Source of the DNA: a virus
Strand: one strand, 5' to 3'
Length of the DNA: 64,000 nt
IMG/VR virus record: IMGVR_UViG_3300017917_002228
Span: 64,001 to 128,000 of that record
Shown piece by piece: positions 16,301 to 26,530 of the stretch. The position numbers and the translations under genes were made by a program. The notes below the pieces were generated by a model, which worked only from the letters and a program-made list of their open reading frames with translations, was not told where the DNA came from and made no database searches. How positions within the stretch are numbered: position 1 is the stretch's first letter; the number at the start of each line of letters is the position of its first letter.

Positions 16301-16326
16301 ATAGGGGCTACGGCCCCTATTTCTTT
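16301..16326 (+). terminator. Intrinsic terminator ATAGGGGC-TACG-GCCCCTAT-TTCTTT
   Basis: 8 bp stem, UNCG loop, U-rich tail. Confidence 0.85.
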
Positions 16327-16337
16327 AGAGGGTGATT

Positions 16338-17594
16338 ATGAGTGATATTGTAAAGCTTTTGCTTAAGAAAAATAAATTTGAAGTTAAAAAGTTTACTTCT
16401 AAATCTACAGAAATTTTAGTTCGTCATGAGATGCGTCATAAGCTTAGAGATGATGTTCAAAAAGAACTAACATCTATGAAGATAGATTGGAAGCAAGAGC
16501 GAAAGTCTACGCTTTCTTCTTTTGATGTAACAACATTTACATATCAAAATAGAAACTATACTATAATTTACAAGCCTCCTCTAGAGGGTAAATTTGCTGG
16601 TGCTATCAAAACATCTAAACTAGAATCTGCTCAAGCTTATTATTGTGCAGCTGCTTGGAATGGTAGTACAGAGTTTACTGAAGAAGATCTTAAGAGTGCA
16701 GCTAGTAAAGTATTTGCTACAGAGACAGTAGATTATATACTTAAAAATCTCTCAGAAGATTGGATTGACGTTTCTATTAACGTAGCAAAGAAACTTCATA
16801 AAGAATTTGGTAATAAGCAATACTTCTTTCATAGAGGTAGTGATTGGGTATCGTCTCTAGAAGCAAACTTTAAAGCTTTAAATAGAGTTGAGAAAAGATT
16901 TAGTAATGTTAATAAGTGGAATCCAGCTGATATTTACTTAGTTTCATCAACAGAACAAAATAGAAATTTTAACTTTAAATCTATTTTAGAAATGAATTCC
17001 TATCTTAATAGTTGTATTAGCTCAGGTAATGTTATACCTGTATCACTTAAAAAAGCTCCTTCAGGGGAACCTAAAGTGTCTTATGTTAATTATAACACTA
17101 CTAGACCTTCCTTTAAATATACTGGATATGAGGTAGGTGGTTTCTTTAACTCTAAATCTGTATACTTAAAGTATGATGGTGGTATGATTCAATTTAGAAC
17201 ATTTCCTAACTATGCTGGTGAGGTTAGCGGTAAGTATGCAGTTCACGGAAAGATAGGATTGAATAATATTAATCAATATCTTCAAAAACACCTTAAATTA
17301 AATATTGAAAGTCAAAGATCTCTGAAGATTAAGTATCAGAAGGACCCTATTGATATTGCAGCTAATATGTATGAATATCATAAATACCTTAGTAACAACG
17401 TAGAACCTTTCGATAAGTTTATGGAAAAATTTAAAGCAGCAAAATATGATTGGGTAGAAAGTAAATACCTAGGATTACAAATTATATTTGCTATTGAATC
17501 TGGCAGAGAAAAAGCTGATAGAATTATATCTGATTTTCTTGCTTATGCATCATCTCAAACAGAATATAGCGCACCCTATGTTAAGGTAGAATAA
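16338..17594 (+). CDS. PD-(D/E)xK-like nuclease-fold protein
   Basis: KWNPADIYL ... IPVSLKK catalytic-type motif. Confidence 0.6.
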   Translation: MSDIVKLLLKKNKFEVKKFTSKSTEILVRHEMRHKLRDDVQKELTSMKIDWKQERKSTLSSFDVTTFTYQNRNYTIIYKPPLEGKFAGAIKTSKLESAQAYYCAAAWNGSTEFTEEDLKSAASKVFATETVDYILKNLSEDWIDVSINVAKKLHKEFGNKQYFFHRGSDWVSSLEANFKALNRVEKRFSNVNKWNPADIYLVSSTEQNRNFNFKSILEMNSYLNSCISSGNVIPVSLKKAPSGEPKVSYVNYNTTRPSFKYTGYEVGGFFNSKSVYLKYDGGMIQFRTFPNYAGEVSGKYAVHGKIGLNNINQYLQKHLKLNIESQRSLKIKYQKDPIDIAANMYEYHKYLSNNVEPFDKFMEKFKAAKYDWVESKYLGLQIIFAIESGREKADRIISDFLAYASSQTEYSAPYVKVE

Positions 17595-18241
17595 TGAAAC
17601 AGTTCTCACATTTTTTAGCAGAACAGGCTGGTAAAAAACTAAAGCATTTAGATCATCCAGAAGATAATGCTATGTTCTCTCATGAAGGGTTTACTCATGC
17701 CTTTCATGCTCTTCATGATGTTCATAATGCGCTAAAAGGTAAAAAGCACACATCTACTATCTCAGCCAAGCTTGATGGCGCGCCTTCTATGGTTGCAGGA
17801 CATCATCCGGAAACTGGTAAGTATTTTGTTGCTTCTAAGTCTGCATTTAATAAGAATCCAAAGATTAATTACACTCACGAAGACATAGATAAGAACCATA
17901 AAGACTCTCCTGGTTTAGCTCATAAGCTTCATCAAGCATTAGATCATATGCATAAGGTATTACCTAAGAAAGGTGTATACCAAATGGAGTTTATGCATTC
18001 ACATGATGACAGGCAGCATACTGATTCTCATGTAAAATTTAAACCAAACACAATTACATATTCGCTTCCTAAGCATTCAGAAGAAGGGAAGAAAGCAGAT
18101 AAGTCAAAAATCGGAGTAGCTGTCCATACAAAATACGAAGGCAACTCAATCGAAAATATGCATGCAACACCTGATGTAGATCATCATAAGTTTAAACAAC
18201 ACAAAGACGTGCATTTGATTTCGCCTGAGGTAAAGCTATGA
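17594..18241 (+). CDS. His-rich ligase-like (covalent nucleotidyltransferase) protein, N-terminal half (DUF6267-like)
   Basis: MKQFSHFLAE leader; motif I KLDG; 28 His in 215 aa. Confidence 0.7.
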   Translation: MKQFSHFLAEQAGKKLKHLDHPEDNAMFSHEGFTHAFHALHDVHNALKGKKHTSTISAKLDGAPSMVAGHHPETGKYFVASKSAFNKNPKINYTHEDIDKNHKDSPGLAHKLHQALDHMHKVLPKKGVYQMEFMHSHDDRQHTDSHVKFKPNTITYSLPKHSEEGKKADKSKIGVAVHTKYEGNSIENMHATPDVDHHKFKQHKDVHLISPEVKL

Positions 18242-18756
18242 ACAAAGATCAATCAGCTCAGTTTGAGCATCACATGGAACAAGCAAAGAAGTTGCATGAC
18301 TCTCAACCGCACAATTTTCATGAGATTGTGGGCAAGCATAAAGAACATTTATCTACTTACATCAATAAAACTGTACGTGATGATACTAAACCTACAACTA
18401 AAGGTTTAAGAGCTCACATATCAGAAAGAATGGCTAAAGAGGTAGATAAAGTATCTACCGAGAAAGCAAAGGCAGGCAAGAGAGCAAACCACATGGCAGC
18501 TCTCTTGCATCATGATGAAAATGAACATCATTTTGCAAACGCATTAAAGATTCATCACCATATTCAAGCTGCAAAAGACATATTAGTACACGGTCTTAAT
18601 CAGAAGAAGCATGGTGGAATGGAACATCATATTGACGGTAAAGAGACTAATCCAGAAGGCTATGTTGCTCGTCATAATGGTGAATCAATTAAACTAGTCA
18701 ACAGAGCAGAGTTTTCGAAAGCTAACTTTGCCGCTCCTAAAGAGTGGAAAAAGTAA
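18238..18756 (+). CDS. His-rich ligase-like protein, C-terminal half
   Basis: PEGYV (motif IV-like) and KLVNR..FS.ANF (motif V-like); ATGA overlap. Confidence 0.7.
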   Translation: MNKDQSAQFEHHMEQAKKLHDSQPHNFHEIVGKHKEHLSTYINKTVRDDTKPTTKGLRAHISERMAKEVDKVSTEKAKAGKRANHMAALLHHDENEHHFANALKIHHHIQAAKDILVHGLNQKKHGGMEHHIDGKETNPEGYVARHNGESIKLVNRAEFSKANFAAPKEWKK

Positions 18757-18759
18757 TTA

Positions 18760-19500
18760 ATGGATGAGAAGAAGCTTTTAGAACAATTTGCACAAGTTCT
18801 AGGGCCTGCAGCACAAGAAGCACTGTATGCATTAGAGAATAAAAAGCTCAAGCAGTTAAAGATGCTTGAAGCTTTTACTGCATCTTTGTCTAAAGTAGCT
18901 CAAATAGAAGTATCTCTTTCTGAAGAAGAAAAAGATAGAATCATTAATCCAGAACACTATAATAAAGCTAAAGCTGAGCCTCTTCAGGAATCTGGAAAAC
19001 CTGACGAGGCTCAACTACCAGTCAAGGACTTTGTCTCTCCTGCAGCCTATGAGCTATCTAAGCTTCCGCAGAAAGATATACAACAATATGCAGATGCTAT
19101 TCCTAATTCTATTAGAAAAGAGATAGATCTTATAAAGAAGGCTGTTGCAGATTTTCATAGATTTGCACAGCGTCATTCACAGCTCGGTGGTGGTGGTGAA
19201 GTAAGATTAGAACGTTTAGATGATGTTGACTATCAATCTATCAAGAATGCCACTGATGGGCAGGCTCTAGTTTGGGATGCAGCTCTTAAGAGATGGAAAG
19301 CTGGTAGCATCATTCCAGGCCCTGGTCCAGGTCCAGGTCCTTCTGGGACATCAGACTATTTTAATGAGAGAGAATTGTTTCAAGATCATGGGCTGGTTTC
19401 TGACCCGCTATATGATGCATTTGGAGTATTGCTATTAAGTTACGCAGATTTAAATCAAGGCAGCAGGCTGAATACCTATGATTGTGGTGTTATGCCATAG
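18760..19500 (+). CDS. Putative virion protein at the head of the fibre array
   Basis: GGGGEVRLERLDDVD, GQALVWD fibre-type motif, PG repeat linker. Confidence 0.7.
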   Translation: MDEKKLLEQFAQVLGPAAQEALYALENKKLKQLKMLEAFTASLSKVAQIEVSLSEEEKDRIINPEHYNKAKAEPLQESGKPDEAQLPVKDFVSPAAYELSKLPQKDIQQYADAIPNSIRKEIDLIKKAVADFHRFAQRHSQLGGGGEVRLERLDDVDYQSIKNATDGQALVWDAALKRWKAGSIIPGPGPGPGPSGTSDYFNERELFQDHGLVSDPLYDAFGVLLLSYADLNQGSRLNTYDCGVMP

Positions 19501-19512
19501 GTTTCTAGCACT

Positions 19513-19520
19513 TATAAATA
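19513..19520 (+). promoter_or_regulatory. T4-type late promoter TATAAATA
   Basis: Exact consensus before the fibre genes. Confidence 0.8.
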
Positions 19521-19548
19521 CCTATACAAATTATAAGGTTTTTAGCTA

Positions 19549-19926
19549 ATGCCTACAGTAATCCAGTTTAGACGTGGCAACACCGCTCAAAATGATGCTT
19601 TTCTAGGCGCAAACGGTGAGATCACAATTGACACGCAATTGCATATGGTGCGATTGCATGATGGTGTCACTGTGGGCGGTCACATCATATCTGGATATGC
19701 TGGTTCTCAAGGCATTCAAGGTTATACAGGATCTCAGGGCGCTACAGGCTTTGTAGGGTCCCAGGGTGTAAATAGGATAGATTTGTTAGAAGATGTGGTG
19801 GAAGGAACTCCGGCAAACGGTGCGATTTTGACTTACAACACATCAGATGATAAATATTATGTCTTACCAATTTCAGTTTCAGACACTACAATTTCAAACA
19901 CTGTTCTTGACGGAGGGCTATTTTAA
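19549..19926 (+). CDS. Short fibre protein with Mtd_N-like N-terminal domain
   Basis: IQFRRG...GEITIDT...RLHDGVTVGG; short GYTGSQG collagen; C-terminal LDGGLF. Confidence 0.8.
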   Translation: MPTVIQFRRGNTAQNDAFLGANGEITIDTQLHMVRLHDGVTVGGHIISGYAGSQGIQGYTGSQGATGFVGSQGVNRIDLLEDVVEGTPANGAILTYNTSDDKYYVLPISVSDTTISNTVLDGGLF

Positions 19927-21509
19927 TGGCTAGTAATAAGATTCAAATTAAACGTTCGTTGACGACAGCCATTCCGGCTTCGTTAGCTAACGGTGAGCTT
20001 GCGTATACCGCTGCTGGTGACGTGCTCTATATAGGTTCTAATAGCGATATTGTCGCTATTGGCGGTAAAAGAAATCCTGGTTTACTAACTGCTAACCAGG
20101 CACTAGTAACTAATAGCACTGCATGGGTAGATGAAATCCGCGTTGCTAATCTTGTTGCTACTAACATCTGGGCAAATGGTCAGAATGGCCCTGCCGGCAC
20201 AATTCTTGCATCTGACGGCGACAGTGTATATTGGTTGGACGTTGCTACAGTTTCTGTAGGACCTCAGTATGTAACCAATACAGATTCTCGTGTTCTATCT
20301 GGTAACCTACACTTTACAGGTGCCAATACTGTTATTGATAATCTAACTATCAATACAACAACCATTAAAGGTATTTCACCTACTATTGATCTTGCTGGTG
20401 ATCTATCTGGTTCTGTTACATTAACCGACCTTGCTAATGGTACTCTAACAGCAACTATCACTAAGACAATTGCTCTTGGTACAGATACATCAGGCGACTA
20501 CGTAGAAGATCTAACAGCTGGTGATGGTATTAGCGTAACATCTGGTACAGGTGTTGGCTCAAATCCAACCGTAGCAGTTGTTGCTGGTACAGGTATTACA
20601 TCTAACTCAACTGGCGTACATATCGGTCAGCCAGTTGCAACTACAGACAATGTTACATTTAATGACATTGTAGCTAACGGTAATACTACACTTGGTAGCT
20701 CAATCCAGGATAAGATTACAGTTAATGGTTCTATTACTGGAAGCCTACTTCCAACCGCAGACGTTACCTATGACCTAGGTGGCAGCGGCGCACGTTGGAA
20801 AGACTTGTGGTTGTCAGGTACATCAATTTACATTGGTGGAGCAACAATCACATCTACATCAGGTAATACTATCACAGTTGGTGGCGTTACAATTGGTGAT
20901 AATAATATTTCTGCTAACTCTGCAACTATCTTTAACAACTTGCAGGTTGGTGGTGATTTAATCGTCTCTGGTAACCTTGCATTCGTTAACGTAGAGACAG
21001 TCCAAGTTAAAGATCCTCTCATTCTTCTTGGCTCAAACAACACCGTAGGCGATACAGTTGACCTTGGCTTCTATGGCACATATAACTCAGGTACACAAGA
21101 CTATGCTGGTTTATTCCGTGATGCTTCTGATAATGGCACATTCAAGCTATTTAAAGGTCTAACAGCACAGCCTGGTTCAACAGTTGATACAACTGATCCT
21201 TCTTATCAGGTAGCAACTCTTGATGCATTCTTTAAAGCTGGTGCAGGTTTTACAGCTAATGCAACACATGCTGCACTAACTGCTAGCCCAACATATAACG
21301 TACAAATCACTGCAAACACTCTAACTCTTGCAACTGCTCTTGCTACATCTTCAGGTGGTACAGGTCAGTCAACATATAGTGAAGGTGACTTGCTAGTAGG
21401 TACAGGTGCTGGTTCTCTAGCCAAGCTTGCTCTAGGAACAGCCGGTTATGTACTACAATCAAATGGTACTGCTCTAGTTTATGATACACTAGACGGCGGC
21501 ACATTCTAA
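19926..21509 (+). CDS. Tail/capsid fibre protein
   Basis: KIQIKRS..LANGELAY N-terminus, T/G/S-rich beta repeats, VKDPLILL..N / YAGLFRDASD domain, C-terminal LDGGTF. Confidence 0.85.
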   Translation: MASNKIQIKRSLTTAIPASLANGELAYTAAGDVLYIGSNSDIVAIGGKRNPGLLTANQALVTNSTAWVDEIRVANLVATNIWANGQNGPAGTILASDGDSVYWLDVATVSVGPQYVTNTDSRVLSGNLHFTGANTVIDNLTINTTTIKGISPTIDLAGDLSGSVTLTDLANGTLTATITKTIALGTDTSGDYVEDLTAGDGISVTSGTGVGSNPTVAVVAGTGITSNSTGVHIGQPVATTDNVTFNDIVANGNTTLGSSIQDKITVNGSITGSLLPTADVTYDLGGSGARWKDLWLSGTSIYIGGATITSTSGNTITVGGVTIGDNNISANSATIFNNLQVGGDLIVSGNLAFVNVETVQVKDPLILLGSNNTVGDTVDLGFYGTYNSGTQDYAGLFRDASDNGTFKLFKGLTAQPGSTVDTTDPSYQVATLDAFFKAGAGFTANATHAALTASPTYNVQITANTLTLATALATSSGGTGQSTYSEGDLLVGTGAGSLAKLALGTAGYVLQSNGTALVYDTLDGGTF

Positions 21510-21518
21510 TACAACAAA

Positions 21519-21559
21519 ATGGTGGCAGTCTTTACCGGCTGCCACCATAATATTTTTTT
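21519..21559 (+). terminator. Intrinsic terminator ATGGTGGCAG.../...CTGCCACCAT with T-tract
   Basis: 10+ bp stem followed by a T-rich run. Confidence 0.75.
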
Positions 21560-21562
21560 ATT

Positions 21563-21793
21563 ATGGAGTATATTATGGGACCAGAGTTTTATAACCTTTA
21601 CGTCGATAAGTGTTTGAATGAAGCTCTTGAGTTAACTAAACTCAAGATCATGCTTAATACACAAGTTTCTTTTTATGAAAAGCAGATTGCAGCTCAAAAA
21701 GAGGAAATTGAACGGCTACAAAAAGATTTAGATAAAGCCTTAAATAAGGCTTCGTCAAAGAAGAAAACAGAAACTGAAACTGAAAATTTTTAA
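21563..21793 (+). CDS. Small coiled-coil protein (fibre assembly?)
   Basis: Heptad-like EKQIAAQKEEIERLQKDL. Confidence 0.7.
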   Translation: MEYIMGPEFYNLYVDKCLNEALELTKLKIMLNTQVSFYEKQIAAQKEEIERLQKDLDKALNKASSKKKTETETENF

Positions 21794-21832
21794 TTGATAA
21801 GGCAGTACATACTGCGTTTGTAAGAGGGCCAT

Positions 21833-23530
21833 ATGGCTAGTAACTTGATCCAGATCAAGCGCACCTCAGTGTCGGGTCGCGCTGCTAATACTACGACACT
21901 CCCAAATCCTGGCGAACTCGCACTCAATATGGCCGACGGAATTCTCTATTCCGGTAACGGCTCTTTTACTTTTGAGATAGGCGCCAACAATACAAATGCT
22001 CAAGTTACTAATCAGCTCTCTGTTAACAACGCAGTAGCTAACGTTATCACTTTTGCTAATTCAGGCTTTGTTGTCGGAGAAGGACAACTAGCCTGGAATA
22101 GTGTAGATGGTACTCTTGATCTCGGTATGGGTGGTGGAAATGTCACCCAGCAGATCGGTCAAGAAATCTATTATAGAGTAAAGAATCAGACAGGTCTTGC
22201 TATACCAGAAGGCACTGTCGTTATGGCCAACGGCACTATAGGTGCTTCTGGTATCATTAAAGTAACACCTGCTGTAGCAAATGGTGCTTTCCCATCTCAG
22301 TATATTATGGGTGTTACTACAGAAGAAATAGCTAATGATGGTGACGGTCTAGTTACAGCATTCGGTAAAGTAAGAAAAATAGACACCTCGATGTATACAG
22401 CAGGTGCTATTCTTTATGCTGATCCTGCAAACCCGGGCGGCCTTACCGCTACTAAACCAGCTGCTCCTAACTCTAAAACTATTGTAGCGTTAGTTGTTTC
22501 ATCACATAATAATAACGGCGAGTTGTTTATTCGTCCTACTTTTGGTTCATCCATTGCAGATGACGAAAAGGTTGAACTTAATAATATATCTAACGGTCAG
22601 ATCCTAGTTTATAGCAGTCAAAATGGCCGTTTTGAGAATAGTAACAATCTAGTCTATCTACACGCAACTGAAATGCTATCAGTTGGTAATGCTGTAGTTA
22701 ACACGCAGATTACAGCTGGTATTATTAGACTAAACGGTTCTGAAATCTTCGTCGGTAATAACACAACAATTTCTGGCAGTAGCGTTCAGGTCGGTAATGT
22801 AGAACTCCAGACTGATGCTGTAGTTATTAATGGCTTATATGCTCTTACATCAGAAACAGCTGGTGTTGCAAACGATGCATTTTACCTAGGCGGTTTTGCT
22901 GCTAATACCTATGTTAGATTTGATAACTTAACACCTACATTTTCAGACGTATTTACAGCGTCAGGCTCTCAAAACAATTTCGTAATCAGTACTTCTATTC
23001 CAGATGCTAATTCTGTTATGGTGACATTGAACGGTATGGTTCAAGCACCAGGCATTCACTACACTGCAACAGGCACTTCACTTAATCTTGCCTTTACTCC
23101 TCCAAATGGCACAGTAGTAGAAGTAAGAAGTTTGGGTGGCACACTTATAGCTGGTGGTAGCTACCCAACTTCTGACGCCCGTCTTAAGACTATGTTTGCA
23201 CCTATTGATGAAAAGCAAGCTGTAGCATTTGTTAATAATATTGAAACAAGCTGGTACATGTTATCAGATGATCCAGAAAAAAGAGTTAAGCCAGGCTTTA
23301 CTGCGCAGGATCTTATTAAAAACGATTTATCTTCTTTGGTATACTCTGAACGTAAAAAGGGTATGAAAGAAGTTATAGATGATAATGGTGTAGTTTCTCC
23401 ATCAGGAACAAAGTATACGGTTGATTATGATTCTACTATTCCGCTTCTTACTGCTGCTTTGAGAAGCGCATTAAAGCGTATAGATAAGCTCGAAAAAGAG
23501 CTCAAGACAATAAAGAAAAAACCTAAATAG
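21833..23530 (+). CDS. Fibre protein with C-terminal intramolecular chaperone (peptidase S74-like)
   Basis: LIQIKRT..GELALN N-terminus; TSDARLK ... GFTAQD ... VDY...IPLL..A coiled-coil end. Confidence 0.85.
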   Translation: MASNLIQIKRTSVSGRAANTTTLPNPGELALNMADGILYSGNGSFTFEIGANNTNAQVTNQLSVNNAVANVITFANSGFVVGEGQLAWNSVDGTLDLGMGGGNVTQQIGQEIYYRVKNQTGLAIPEGTVVMANGTIGASGIIKVTPAVANGAFPSQYIMGVTTEEIANDGDGLVTAFGKVRKIDTSMYTAGAILYADPANPGGLTATKPAAPNSKTIVALVVSSHNNNGELFIRPTFGSSIADDEKVELNNISNGQILVYSSQNGRFENSNNLVYLHATEMLSVGNAVVNTQITAGIIRLNGSEIFVGNNTTISGSSVQVGNVELQTDAVVINGLYALTSETAGVANDAFYLGGFAANTYVRFDNLTPTFSDVFTASGSQNNFVISTSIPDANSVMVTLNGMVQAPGIHYTATGTSLNLAFTPPNGTVVEVRSLGGTLIAGGSYPTSDARLKTMFAPIDEKQAVAFVNNIETSWYMLSDDPEKRVKPGFTAQDLIKNDLSSLVYSERKKGMKEVIDDNGVVSPSGTKYTVDYDSTIPLLTAALRSALKRIDKLEKELKTIKKKPK

Positions 23531-23567
23531 GTGTAAGTAACACCTAACAACTAAAGAGAGAGCTTAA

Positions 23568-25271
23568 ATGGCTGGTTATCAACAAATAGGTCTATTTCAG
23601 ATCAATACCGATGGTAGTGCCAACGGCCAGGTATTAGTATCTAATGGTACATCAGTACAATGGAGTACAGTCTACGGCTTTGCAGGTTCGCAAGGTGATA
23701 TAGGCTACGTTGGTTCACAAGGTATTCAAGGTACTACAGGTTTCGTAGGCTCACAAGGTACTACAGGATTTGTTGGTAGCCAAGGCGCTACAGGTTTTGC
23801 CGGCTCTGCTGGTACAATAGGTGTTGATGGATATACTGGCTCTCAAGGTATTCAAGGTTATACAGGTAGCCAGGGTATCCAAGGTGATACTGGTTACACA
23901 GGCTCACAAGGTGATCAAGGTCTAACCGGTTATACTGGTTCTTTTGGTGATACAGGTTATACTGGATCTCAAGGTGACCAAGGTATAACAGGTTATACTG
24001 GTTCAGCTGGATATACAGGTTCTTTTGGTGATACTGGTTTTACCGGATCTAGAGGTGATATTGGATTTACCGGTTCTAAGGGTGATTCTGGGTTTGTAGG
24101 ATCACAAGGTGATATCGGCTATGCAGGCTCAAAAGGTGATATTGGTTATGCTGGTAGCTTAGGTACAGTAGGTTACACAGGATCTAAAGGTGAAAAAGGC
24201 GACTTTGGTGGTGCTGCTTTCCTCTATGATTTTGATACTTCAGGAACAGAAATATTAGCGACAGGTCAGCTAGCATTTAACAATGCAAATTTTGCAAATG
24301 CTACCTTTATGTTCATTAAAGAGACGGACCTGTCTAATACTAACATAGGTAATTTCTTAACTACTATTGATGACTCTACATCACCTATTAAGGGTCATTT
24401 CTCTGTAAGATCAAACTCTAATACTAACTTGTACGCTATGTTTGCTATAACTGCAAACTCAACGTATAGCAGTTTTACTCAAACATATACTATACCAGTA
24501 TCATATCTAAGTGGTGCTACTTCAATAGCAGATGATACAGATATAGTTATTACTTTTGCAAGAACTGGTGATATTGGCGCTACTGGTTTTACTGGATCTA
24601 GAGGTGATGTAGGGTTTACCGGCTCGGTAGGCGCTACTGGGTTTGTAGGCTCTAGGGGTGATGTAGGCTTTACAGGTTCAGTAGGCTTTGCTGGATCTAA
24701 AGGCGATACTGGTTTCACAGGATCGATAGGTACAACCGGTTTTGTAGGTTCTAAAGGTGATATCGGTTATACTGGATCTCAAGGTAACCTAGGATACGCT
24801 GGTTCTAAAGGTGATGCGGGTTATACCGGATCTACAGGCTATGATGGTTCACAAGGTACTACAGGATATACAGGTTCAATAGGTGCACAGGGCTACTCAG
24901 GTTCTATTGGTGCCTCTGGTTATACAGGTTCTTATGGATATACCGGTTCTGAAGGCGGAATAGGTTATACTGGATCAAAAGGTGATACAGCTACAGCTAA
25001 TGCTCTATCACAGTCATTTACTGCAAATGGTTCTCAAACACAGTTTACATTAGGTACAAGTGTAGTTAATCAAAACAACATAATCGTTACAATTAATGGT
25101 CTAGTTCAAACCCCAGTAACGCATTATACTATTACAGGTACTATACTAACAATTAATGCACCCCCTTATGCAAATAGTATAGTAGAAGCACGCAACTTTG
25201 AAGTTGGTGCAGGAACTAATACTCCAGACTTCACAAACTCAATTGTCGCTAACTTCTTAATGGGATTATAA
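23568..25271 (+). CDS. Collagen-like fibre 'anchor' protein, cassette 1
   Basis: QI..G..GQVL.SNG..V.W head; long G-X-Y GYTGSQG tracts; FTANGSQTQFTL domain; hydrophobic tail. Confidence 0.85.
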   Translation: MAGYQQIGLFQINTDGSANGQVLVSNGTSVQWSTVYGFAGSQGDIGYVGSQGIQGTTGFVGSQGTTGFVGSQGATGFAGSAGTIGVDGYTGSQGIQGYTGSQGIQGDTGYTGSQGDQGLTGYTGSFGDTGYTGSQGDQGITGYTGSAGYTGSFGDTGFTGSRGDIGFTGSKGDSGFVGSQGDIGYAGSKGDIGYAGSLGTVGYTGSKGEKGDFGGAAFLYDFDTSGTEILATGQLAFNNANFANATFMFIKETDLSNTNIGNFLTTIDDSTSPIKGHFSVRSNSNTNLYAMFAITANSTYSSFTQTYTIPVSYLSGATSIADDTDIVITFARTGDIGATGFTGSRGDVGFTGSVGATGFVGSRGDVGFTGSVGFAGSKGDTGFTGSIGTTGFVGSKGDIGYTGSQGNLGYAGSKGDAGYTGSTGYDGSQGTTGYTGSIGAQGYSGSIGASGYTGSYGYTGSEGGIGYTGSKGDTATANALSQSFTANGSQTQFTLGTSVVNQNNIIVTINGLVQTPVTHYTITGTILTINAPPYANSIVEARNFEVGAGTNTPDFTNSIVANFLMGL

Positions 25272-25280
25272 GAGGATAAA

Positions 25281-25610
25281 ATGCCAAACACATTCAAAGT
25301 ACTAGGTCAACAAGCTCCATCTGCTACAACACAGACGCAACTATATGCAGTTCCATCAGGTAAATCTGCAGTAGTTTCTTCTGTAAATGTCTGCAATAGA
25401 GGTGCTGCAAATGCTACATTTAGAGTAGCAGTACAACCTGCTAATGCTGCTATTTCTAACACACATTATATTGCTTATGATACAATAGTACCTTCTAACG
25501 ATACTATATCACTAGCTCTAGGTTTATCTTTAAGTGCAACAGATGTAGTTTCTGTTTATGCTAATAGTGCAACAGTAACATTCAGTGCATTTGGTTCGGA
25601 GATTAGCTAA
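25281..25610 (+). CDS. Small fibre adaptor protein, cassette 1
   Basis: 109 aa beta-rich; related in layout to 27779, 33963 and 37901. Confidence 0.75.
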   Translation: MPNTFKVLGQQAPSATTQTQLYAVPSGKSAVVSSVNVCNRGAANATFRVAVQPANAAISNTHYIAYDTIVPSNDTISLALGLSLSATDVVSVYANSATVTFSAFGSEIS

Positions 25611-26518
25611 TGCCATTTAAAAAAGCCACCAGTTCTAGCATATCCTCTAGTGTAGTTAATCCTGTTGTAGCTTCTACAGGTGGAGGAGCCGTATCTTCTA
25701 ATCCAGTTGTTGAGTATCTAGTCGTAGGAGGTGGTGGTGGAGGCGGTGCATTTGTTGGAAGTGGTGGAGGAGCAGGAGGTGTACAAACTGGTTATGCTTC
25801 TGTTAACACAGGTGTTACATACACAGTTGCTGTTGGATCTGGAGGTGCAAATCAAGCTGGTAGTTACGGTCTAAAAGGTGGATTTTCTATTTTTGGTAAA
25901 ATTTATGGGTATGGAGGTGGTGGTGGTAAATCAACATATGGAAGCAATCCTAATGATACTCGAGAGTATGACGGAGCAAGCGGTGGAGGTGTTACCGGAG
26001 CCTCTAATCCCGGTTTAGGTCTATTAGGACAAGGTGCAAACGGAGGTGTTGTGGTCTCTGGTGATAATGTCCCAGCTGGAGGTGGCGGAGCATCAGAAGT
26101 AGGCAAATCTTCGAATACTACACAGGCAGGTTATGGTGGAAACGGTATTTCCAGCTCTATTACAGGAACATCGCTATACTATGCTGGAGGTGGCGGGGGA
26201 GCTGCACACGGATCTTCAAGTAGAAAAGCAGGTAACGGAGGCGCAGGGGGTGGAGGCGCTGGTGGTGTATCATCAGGCGCTACAGGAGGTACAGGTGTAA
26301 TTAATGCTGCATCTGGATCAGTTAACTCTGGTGGAGGTGGAGGAGGAGGTGGATATACAGGGGCTATAGGCTCAGGTGGTTCTGGTGGCTCAGGTGTAGT
26401 GATTCTCTCTTATTCAACTTCTTTTGCTAACGCAACCACGACAGGTACACCCGAATATTCTGAATCAGGTGGAAATAGGATCTTTAAATTTACTGGTACT
26501 GGCTCAATAACATTCTAA
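25610..26518 (+). CDS. Glycine-rich (polyglycine-II type) tip protein
   Basis: VEYLVVGGGGGGG ... YAGGGGG ... GGSGVVILSY ... FTGTGSITF. Confidence 0.85.
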   Translation: MPFKKATSSSISSSVVNPVVASTGGGAVSSNPVVEYLVVGGGGGGGAFVGSGGGAGGVQTGYASVNTGVTYTVAVGSGGANQAGSYGLKGGFSIFGKIYGYGGGGGKSTYGSNPNDTREYDGASGGGVTGASNPGLGLLGQGANGGVVVSGDNVPAGGGGASEVGKSSNTTQAGYGGNGISSSITGTSLYYAGGGGGAAHGSSSRKAGNGGAGGGGAGGVSSGATGGTGVINAASGSVNSGGGGGGGGYTGAIGSGGSGGSGVVILSYSTSFANATTTGTPEYSESGGNRIFKFTGTGSITF

Positions 26519-26530
26519 TAGAGGATAACA

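Noticed and set aside
19549-23530. Diversity-generating retroelement suggested by Mtd_N-like domains
   Set aside because: No reverse transcriptase and no near-identical TR/VR pair differing at adenines visible in this window
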